Shown here piece after piece: positions 58,918 to 59,113 of a DNA stretch of 59,113 nucleotides. Under the pieces are notes generated by a model. It had not been told where the DNA came from and did no database searches. It worked only from the letters and a program-made list of their open reading frames with translations. Location of the stretch: NCBI GenBank assembly GCA_964469505.1, contig CAYXZO010000005.1, forward strand, positions 1-59,113. Reading direction: 5' to 3'. Position numbers and translations under genes: made by a program. Numbering within the stretch: the stretch's first letter is position 1; each line of letters begins with the position of its first letter. Source of the stretch: an uncultured Lentisphaeria bacterium (lineage in GTDB: Bacteria; Fidelibacterota; UBA8477; JABMPR01).

Positions 58918-59113
58918 GGATAATTCCTCCTGCAGGTTAAAACAATATTGCTGTATACACGCGACTCACTTTCCAATATTATTTATGAAAGTAACACACA
59001 CAAATTTCAGACGCATATAATCAGCAATTTATTTCAAATAAGGAATTTATAGATCATTGTAATTATAAATAAGGAATTCAAGTAATGCATTAAGTATCCA
59101 ATACTATGCCGCT

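Noticed and set aside
1-59113. Genome-wide UGA reassignment (code 4 or 25)
   Set aside because: Many clear genes end at TGA, several in ATGA overlaps with the next start (pepP, the 36163 gene, nadD region), so UGA is a normal stop.
58400-59113. Replication origin
   Set aside because: AT-rich, but only one degenerate DnaA-box-like sequence (about 58414-58423) and no dnaA or box cluster in view.
1-59113. CRISPR array, IS elements, rRNA, tRNA-Sec, T-box before leuS
   Set aside because: No regularly spaced repeats, transposase motifs, rRNA-like sequence, long-variable-arm UCA tRNA or T-box consensus recognised by eye.

Overview
Chromosomal core-genome window (about 50% GC, no CRISPR, transposase or integrase recognised) from an FCB-group bacterium outside classic Bacteroidota (Marinimicrobia/Calditrichota/KSB1-like; inferred from PorV, a T9SS C-terminal domain, GWxTD, long IspG and a short GlgA-like gene). 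Nearly all genes from 5043 to 52320 are on the + strand. Content: dut (partial), comM, ispG, pepP, tRNA-Gly, pcm, pspC, rnhA, rmlA-like, mreBCD-mrdA-rodA, rpiB-glyA-nrdR, a porV/T9SS-cargo/bamD block, nadD, ftsEX, hrcA-grpE-dnaJ, comEA with a divergent PilM/PilN-like block, rsmD-coaD-pta, icd, an SSS transporter cassette, tRNA-Pro, leuS, cutA. Best find: the ORF track truncates a gene that reads 6371..7486 through an in-frame UGA (6518-6520) in a D-P-C-G-U motif, followed by a bacterial SECIS-like hairpin. This gives a heme-free, probably lipid-anchored UshA-like selenoprotein whose phosphatase metal ligands have decayed. Other highlights: strong enrichment of D-[S/T] O-glycosylation-like sequons in exported proteins; PorV with a duplicated EF-hand-like insertion behind a promoter-leader-terminator; a T9SS-secreted M6 pseudoprotease next to an intact gluzincin-propeller-barrel protein; a half-GlgA pseudoenzyme cluster; a giant repeat protein between comEA and pilM/pilN-like genes; an SSS permease with a C-terminal double-psi-barrel-like domain. 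All family calls come from motif recognition by eye; no searches were run.
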